Shown piece after piece: positions 35,043 through 40,775 of a stretch of DNA of 40,775 nucleotides. The translations under genes and the position numbers were made by a program. A model generated the notes under the pieces. It saw nothing but the letters and a program-made list of their open reading frames with translations. It did no database searches and was not told where the DNA came from. Numbering within the stretch: the first letter of the stretch is position 1; each line of letters opens with the position of its first letter. Source of the stretch: a virus (taxonomy: Duplodnaviria; Caudoviricetes); the IMG/VR virus record IMGVR_UViG_3300012031_000027, positions 1 through 40,775 of that record; one strand, given 5' to 3'.

Positions 35043-35864
35043 TTTAGTGGCCTCCGGTTGATTCCCGCTAGTGGCGGTGGTTAAGGTATTAGTAGTTTTA
35101 ACTGCCTTTAGCGAAGTGGTCGCTACGGCGTCAATCATACCGCGTTTTACTGCTTCGTTGGCTAAAACGGTTCCGCCTTGGCCAAAATCTGCGTTAACTT
35201 TATCGGCTGTTGTGCCTCGGCCCTGTGCAATAGCATCAACAAATATCTCGTGCATGGCGTCTAGTTCTTCTCTGACCATTGCTATGCCTTCAGCCGTTCG
35301 CACATCCGGGCGTTTTTTAGGCGCATCGGTGCTAGTAATACTTATTTCATCCTCGTCGTTGTAGAATGTGGCCACAACGCCGACGCTACCAATGCGCGCC
35401 GCTATATTAGATGCAATAACTTCGTCCGCTTGCGTGGCCATTGCAAAAGCAGCTGAGGCACCTACGCCTGATATGATCGCTTTACTTGGCTTAGTAGCGG
35501 TCTGCATCGCTGCTAAAACATCAAATAATCCATCAAAACCCCCACCCGGGCTCTCAATAGCATAAGTTACATTTGTGATATTATCGTCTTGCTCAGCTGC
35601 TGCAATTGCAGATAAAATCTCTGGGTAAGTTGTGTTGCCGCCTCCAAATATCATCGCCATAAAACTCGGCTCTTGAGTCATTACGCCTTTAACTGATATT
35701 TGCGCGTTGTCGCCTGCGACTGTCAGTATGCGGTTGCTGCCCGGGGAAGTGTCTACAGCGCTAAACCTCGCATCAAAATGCGCTTGCTGTTCTGCTGTAA
35801 ATTTAAAGCCCGATTTTTCTGCCACTTGCATGGCTCTGCGGACACTAGCTTCTAATAGCCACAT
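34701..35864 (-). CDS. S49 prohead protease with C-terminal scaffold
   Basis: ISVKG, IESPGG, ASAAF, IGSVGV, F...IA.GRG and A...GMIDAV; C-terminal ERDRV scaffold helix. Confidence 0.9.
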   Translation of the reverse strand: MWLLEASVRRAMQVAEKSGFKFTAEQQAHFDARFSAVDTSPGSNRILTVAGDNAQISVKGVMTQEPSFMAMIFGGGNTTYPEILSAIAAAEQDDNITNVTYAIESPGGGFDGLFDVLAAMQTATKPSKAIISGVGASAAFAMATQADEVIASNIAARIGSVGVVATFYNDEDEISITSTDAPKKRPDVRTAEGIAMVREELDAMHEIFVDAIAQGRGTTADKVNADFGQGGTVLANEAVKRGMIDAVATTSLKAVKTTNTLTTATSGNQPEATKMDLKELQSQHPETFAAAVQQGVTEERDRVTAHLVMGESSGDTKTASASIKNGANMTATLQATYMTAGMNRGDIEARQREDLDANAGDNATEADNDDKGGDVATLIEARLGIGA

Positions 35865-35909
35865 AAAAATTATCCTCTTGTTATTTTAATGATAACCCTA
35901 ATTTATAAT

Positions 35910-37571
35910 TTAATCAAAATACTCTTCAAGTTTGGACTCAATGTCTTCCACCCTAGACGATGCAGATAACGCAGCCTCTGCCTCTTCTTCGCCAAACTCT
36001 TGCCTGAATTCTGCCATAGGTCTAGCGGCTTCAACTTTCAATTCGTTCTCGCGCTTCAATCGTTTTATGTTTTTGCTAAATTTAGTACCGGTGGTTATGC
36101 GTGCCTCGCGCGCGTTTGTCGACCAACCCTGTTCCGTCAATATCTTAGAGCCCTTGGCTTGTTTGAGCATATCCGTTGATGGCTTTATAGACCCGTACCA
36201 TTCTGTCAGCGTCCAAGCGCCAAATATATCGTACTCGCCCGGCGTTCTGAATGATTGTAAAAGTCCCGGCGCGTTAATTTTCTGTAAAAGAGTTTCGCTT
36301 ATTAGCCAATCTATATAAATAGGACTGCAAAAAGTTTCGCCAAAGTCACCCCACGTTCTATTAATTGCTATTTTAAATTCGTTGATTGCTGCTTGGCTTG
36401 CTGAATAATTGTTGCTAAATGACAGGCGTAATACTTCTGGCGGAATTTCTAGGGCCCACGAAATGGACTGTATAATAGCCTCCTCGAAAGTGCCGAAGTT
36501 CACGTCCGTGCCTTGGCCTCCTAGCAACACGGGTTCTTCGCCGGTTTGCAATTCTTCCATCACCACGCCCGGTATTTGGTCCGTAACATTAAAGCGACGC
36601 TTACTGCCGTCTGATTCTGTCACTTGAGCCGTGTTTCTGCGAACGGCGCCACCTGTGACCGGTAGCGTTCCCATCTTGTCTTCACCTTTTTTAATAAACA
36701 TCGCTAACATAGAATTTATTAGCGCTTTTCGCTGAGTTGAATCTCTGTAGCGGTCTATTTCTTTAAGTGATTGCATGACAATTGATAGCAAAGGCTGGCC
36801 GCGTAATTCGTCAAGGCGTTTATCCGTGCCGTATATGAGCCAAGATATTTTACGCCCTGAGCGTTCAGATTCTGCTGCAATTCTTTTTGTGGTGCCATCG
36901 TCTTGGTTTATCCAATGCGCAACAACACGTCCTATCGCATCAATCTCAACACCGTGGCGTATTTTGTGACCGTTGCGAAGAGATCCATAATCACCTAACG
37001 GCGTGCGAACTTTGCTGCCGCTTATTAATTGGATCATAGGGAGTTTAGTTTTTTGTGACTGTCGTATAACTACGAGCACATCTCCGCTGACTAAAGCCTC
37101 CATTCTGGCTGCGCGTTGAATTGCACCGAAAGTAGATTTTTTCTTATAATCGCATAAAGTTGGCCCTTTGCCCCATATTGCAAAACGGTTTTCTGTGGTT
37201 TCTGACCACTCGTTAAGGCTTTCCTCTGGCACGCCAATAATACTCTCGTCTGGGCATGCTTCGGGGCATAGTCCCGTATTAATCTCGTTTGTTACTAGGC
37301 GTCTTATAATACCCCTAGCGTATAAATTTTCCGTAAACAACTGAGCAGAGCGAGCGCGTAACGTCCAATAGTCTACTTCTTGTATTTGAGTAGTGCCGAA
37401 TCCACCGGCAAACTTACCACCATCGTAAATAGAGTCTTGATAAGGTGAGGGTGAATTTTGTCCCGCATAGGCTGACGGGTTTAAGTTGTCCACGGACAAA
37501 GGCGTCGGCCCCGAAACGTGTTCAAATGTGCCGTCGCTTGCTATCTTATAATGTGGTTTTTTACTTACCAT
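35910..37571 (-). CDS. Portal protein, lambda family
   Basis: LRARS..L...N.YA.G, GVE.D..GR.VA.W, RG.P.L and NYSAS motifs. Confidence 0.92.
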   Translation of the reverse strand: MVSKKPHYKIASDGTFEHVSGPTPLSVDNLNPSAYAGQNSPSPYQDSIYDGGKFAGGFGTTQIQEVDYWTLRARSAQLFTENLYARGIIRRLVTNEINTGLCPEACPDESIIGVPEESLNEWSETTENRFAIWGKGPTLCDYKKKSTFGAIQRAARMEALVSGDVLVVIRQSQKTKLPMIQLISGSKVRTPLGDYGSLRNGHKIRHGVEIDAIGRVVAHWINQDDGTTKRIAAESERSGRKISWLIYGTDKRLDELRGQPLLSIVMQSLKEIDRYRDSTQRKALINSMLAMFIKKGEDKMGTLPVTGGAVRRNTAQVTESDGSKRRFNVTDQIPGVVMEELQTGEEPVLLGGQGTDVNFGTFEEAIIQSISWALEIPPEVLRLSFSNNYSASQAAINEFKIAINRTWGDFGETFCSPIYIDWLISETLLQKINAPGLLQSFRTPGEYDIFGAWTLTEWYGSIKPSTDMLKQAKGSKILTEQGWSTNAREARITTGTKFSKNIKRLKRENELKVEAARPMAEFRQEFGEEEAEAALSASSRVEDIESKLEEYFD

Positions 37572-37813
37572 CCCGGCCTCACTATCACAGCGCCACCACT
37601 CAACCTAGCTTCTAAAGTAGCGCATCGATTATACAAAGAATCCAATGTCTTATTAAGCGCGCTTAAATCTAGCTTAGTGACCGTCTGACGGCTCTGGCCT
37701 GTGTCTAGCGTATAGGATTGAACACCGTTACCTAGCGCTAACAAAGCGTCTTCGTAAGCAACTATCATCAGCTTGGTTGCGTGTATTCTGCCCTGTAAAA
37801 AAGTACGTTCCAT
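37565..37813 (-). CDS. Head-to-tail joining protein (gpW-like)
   Basis: A...L..GVQSYTLD.G..RQTVTK.DL..L; lies between TerL and portal. Confidence 0.75.
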   Translation of the reverse strand: MERTFLQGRIHATKLMIVAYEDALLALGNGVQSYTLDTGQSRQTVTKLDLSALNKTLDSLYNRCATLEARLSGGAVIVRPGW

Positions 37814-37876
37814 TACATGACCGGCCTCGTGATTTGATTGAATAAAATTAAATCTGTAGAATTACAGTATACGTAT

Positions 37877-39865
37877 TTAATCCTCGTAGTAAAGTTTTTC
37901 GTTTTCGATGTAGTCCCAAAATCTCGGCCAGTCAACGGTTTCAGCAGCAAAATGCTGTATACAAATAGCCCACGCTAAGATCTCAACTGAAGCATGTCCA
38001 TAGCATAACAAATCCCAAAGTTCGTTCTTAGCGTTACCTGGGCGATGCCAATAGTAAGAAACGTTCCCCTTTTCGTCTTTTATTTCGCGCCTAGTCTCAA
38101 CAGTTAATTCTTTAAGCTGCTTATCAGAGGTATCAATAGGCGCATTAAAATGATACTTATTCTGCTGGCCGGCACCCTCTTCCCATTCCCTGCGAAGTAC
38201 CGGCGCTAATCGGTCTTTGTAATGGTCTACTAAAATCCTATAGCCAACCGTGCCCGCCTGAGTCGTAAACTCTGCAAATTCTTTTATAACTTGGTTTTTT
38301 GCCGGACGGTCGCGTCCCAAAATAGGATATACTCCCGAAGCGTAATCAGAACAAAACGTCGTAACTGTGTCGTTAACATAACCCGCGTCAATCAACGTCA
38401 TAGCTATACGATATTTGGCTCCATCGTCTGCAGTGTATTCTTTTTCTTCGATGAGCTCTCGCAGCCGGCCCCAAACAGGGCAGCTTAGTTCTCCACAGTC
38501 ATCATCATCTTTACCATCTGTCTCAAAACGCCAGTAATCGATTAAATACGGCTTTGCGTCTCGACACCAGCCCATCACCGATACCGCTAAGTTCTGTTTG
38601 TGAACGTCAACTAAACAGGTCAAAAATAGAATTTTAGAACCAGAATGTATTTCGGCGTGGTTATTGGGGATTTGACCGAGTCTGTAAACTGCCCTTCGAT
38701 GTGCTGAAACGCTGGAGAATCTGATTTTAGATCCCATTATCTCAAACGGTTCGGCCAGCACGTTGTTATAAAATACTTGATAAAGTCCGACGTCTTTAAC
38801 TTTTTTATTTACAACGTCGTAAGCGTCTAAATAATCCGAAACTAGACTGTACCACGGCGCCATACCAATGGGCGAATACAACGCAGGCAAATGGTACGAA
38901 CGAATACCCGGCTCTACGGGGCGCGCTGTTGGTACCCATTTCGCGCCGTGGTCTTCTGAAAATAATCTTTCTTTGTCATGTTCATGGTGAGGGTGACCAC
39001 ATTTCTGGCAGAGATAGCGAACAGAATCTAGTAGTAAAATACCGTCGTCTAGCTCCCACGTAAACCCGCCGATGATGCCCGTCTCTTTGTCTAGGCTACT
39101 CCACCGCAACACTTGAGCAAAACCACAACTTAAACAATTCACATTGTATTTTCTTTGGTCGCCGCGTAGATACGCTTTTTCTATCTTAGAACTACCTTTG
39201 ATTAGCGGCGTTGAGCCTCGGAATATTTTGCGCCGCTCCCAATAACCTTTGCAACGGCCGTCACTTAATTTGTCCGGGTCGCCGTCTTTGCCTACAGTCT
39301 CCGGCCAGGCGTCAATCTCATCTTTGAGCATGACGCAGATAGAATATGATCGCATCTTGTCGGCGTTCTTAGCGCCGAACGGAACCAAATACCCGCCACC
39401 CTCAAATTGTAAATGATTTGAGGTTTTACCGGTTTTTCGGCTATTGCCTTCGTCGCTTGAACGTATGATGTGGCCTAGATCCGAATGTGCAAGCATGGGT
39501 AAAAAGTTGTTTTCAATCCGCGCGCTGGCCAATTCTTTATCCGCCGTCAGATACATGATAGGCAGCGTTTTAACGTGACCCATGAAATACAGCGCGCCGG
39601 ATTCCAAAACAGTAGAGTAAGTTATCTGAACGCCTTTTTTTAGATTGACTTCGCGGACAGGGCTATCCACATCAAAACAATCAACTATCTCGCGCATAAA
39701 AGGGTTCACGTCGTAGCGGATAAAACCGGGTATTGACGTGACGGACTCAGGCAGGTATCTGTTTTCTTCGTTGTACTGACTGGGCGATACGTGGAATATT
39801 TCGTCCGTTAGCCCCTCAACTTCTGATATGATCCATTCTGCGCCAATTTCATCAATCTTACGCAT
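37877..39865 (-). CDS. terL: Terminase large subunit (GpA family)
   Basis: K..Q.T, DEID, STP, GDQR, CxxC Zn motifs, FYNN.L, VDV, IDAG and NE..D. Confidence 0.93.
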   Translation of the reverse strand: MRKIDEIGAEWIISEVEGLTDEIFHVSPSQYNEENRYLPESVTSIPGFIRYDVNPFMREIVDCFDVDSPVREVNLKKGVQITYSTVLESGALYFMGHVKTLPIMYLTADKELASARIENNFLPMLAHSDLGHIIRSSDEGNSRKTGKTSNHLQFEGGGYLVPFGAKNADKMRSYSICVMLKDEIDAWPETVGKDGDPDKLSDGRCKGYWERRKIFRGSTPLIKGSSKIEKAYLRGDQRKYNVNCLSCGFAQVLRWSSLDKETGIIGGFTWELDDGILLLDSVRYLCQKCGHPHHEHDKERLFSEDHGAKWVPTARPVEPGIRSYHLPALYSPIGMAPWYSLVSDYLDAYDVVNKKVKDVGLYQVFYNNVLAEPFEIMGSKIRFSSVSAHRRAVYRLGQIPNNHAEIHSGSKILFLTCLVDVHKQNLAVSVMGWCRDAKPYLIDYWRFETDGKDDDDCGELSCPVWGRLRELIEEKEYTADDGAKYRIAMTLIDAGYVNDTVTTFCSDYASGVYPILGRDRPAKNQVIKEFAEFTTQAGTVGYRILVDHYKDRLAPVLRREWEEGAGQQNKYHFNAPIDTSDKQLKELTVETRREIKDEKGNVSYYWHRPGNAKNELWDLLCYGHASVEILAWAICIQHFAAETVDWPRFWDYIENEKLYYED

Positions 39866-40688
39866 TACGAAGAACTCTAGCGACTTTCGCTTTAACTGGT
39901 CTTATAAAACTACTCATCTGGTCCGCAACAAATTTTTCTATATCTTCAATAGGCCTGTTGGCTGAGTGCATAGCGGTGGCTCTGCGCGCTATTGTCTTGG
40001 CTCCGTCAGTCAATAATTTTATATGGCAGGCGTCTATAGGTTCTATTATGCCCGTACGGATCAACTTACGACTAACAAGCTCCCCCTCGGTGGTTGCGTT
40101 CTTCAATCGCTTTTCGTTAATGGCTTCTATCTTTTGCGTGGCGCTGAGCCAATCAACAAAGCGCGTATCGGTGCCGAACTTATCAATTAAGTCGCGCAGT
40201 GTCATGTGTGCAAAGGCTTGTATGTCTTCGGGGATCTCAAGTATCGGATCGTCTTCATACGCTTGGCGCTTTTTAGTTTCTTTAGCAGCTGCGGGGCCTC
40301 GAATGTGCGGTTGTTTTATAGCCGGGGCCGTGACCACATTAACAGTATCTTTATTTATCAGCCCATTTATTTTCATAGTCTCGATTATATTGCGCGCCCT
40401 GTTGAAAGGGATCCTAAACTCGGCTTGCACGGCGGACTTAGTCCATTTGTTTTGTTCCTGGCAATAGCTGACCACTAGCTCGTATAGAGGGTCTATACCG
40501 GTGGCGGGTGGTTCTGTCTGAGCGCGCGCCTTCATAGCCAAGTAATCAACCGCAAGTGTGTGCGCCACGTCAATGCGCTTGCCGTCGCAAGCAGCCTTCA
40601 AAGCATTATTGCAAGCCTTCGTTACGGCGGCGCCTGTAACTCCCGCTTGGCGGGCAAACTCGGCCCGGCTTATCAGTTTCTTTACCAT
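39858..40688 (-). CDS. terS: Terminase small subunit with internal FtsK-gamma-like domain
   Basis: N-terminal HTH ISRAEFARQAGVTGAAVTKA and C-terminal ...GELV coiled coil; overlaps the terL start. Start reassigned to ATG 40688. Confidence 0.8.
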   Translation of the reverse strand: MVKKLISRAEFARQAGVTGAAVTKACNNALKAACDGKRIDVAHTLAVDYLAMKARAQTEPPATGIDPLYELVVSYCQEQNKWTKSAVQAEFRIPFNRARNIIETMKINGLINKDTVNVVTAPAIKQPHIRGPAAAKETKKRQAYEDDPILEIPEDIQAFAHMTLRDLIDKFGTDTRFVDWLSATQKIEAINEKRLKNATTEGELVSRKLIRTGIIEPIDACHIKLLTDGAKTIARRATAMHSANRPIEDIEKFVADQMSSFIRPVKAKVARVLRNA

Positions 40689-40760
40689 GCGCACAGTGTA
40701 TCCTAGTTTTCTGGGAAAGTTAATAATGGTAAACAAAACGCTTTTTGTGCGAGACCCGCG

Positions 40761-40775
40761 CGGAGGAATCAAAAC
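40761..40775. repeat. 15-bp terminal direct repeat (right copy)
   Basis: Identical to positions 1-15. Confidence 0.9.

Noticed and set aside
40689-40772. N-terminal extension of the terS ORF in the track
   Set aside because: It runs into cos; ATG 40688 begins the HTH. Similar over-extended starts were trimmed for the sheath, baseplate J, tailspike, lectin and exonuclease genes.

Overview
The window looks like a complete ~40.76-kb tailed dsDNA phage genome. Its first and last 15 nt are identical, and the junction has the layout of a lambda-type cos site. The head module is lambda-like: TerS, GpA-type TerL, gpW, lambda portal, S49 protease with a nested scaffold, decoration protein and gpE-type capsid. 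The tail is contractile and Mu/P2-like: sheath, tube, frameshifted chaperone, tape measure, DNA-circulation protein, hub, spike and wedge, plus two fibre/spike proteins and a GH108 lysis cassette. The divergently transcribed early region encodes an SF2 helicase, a VRR-NUC nuclease, a SLOG protein, a double-HTH TetR-like regulator, an NrS-1-like primase-polymerase/SF3 helicase, a Cas4-like exonuclease, an SSB and a family A DNA polymerase. I see no integrase, CI-like repressor, tRNA or CRISPR array. Notable observations: (1) a tailspike-like protein whose distal domain is an intact DNase I-like EEP phosphodiesterase; (2) a TerS with an inserted FtsK-gamma-like winged helix; (3) a putative origin made of ~90-bp inverted arms carrying NrS-1-type priming octamers around an AT-rich core; (4) a TGAC-N6-GTCA operator over the -35 box of three early promoters; (5) a probable 15-nt cohesive end; (6) an alternative anti-SD/SD RNA switch ahead of the tail chaperone. 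All family calls come from motif recognition by eye; no database search was run.
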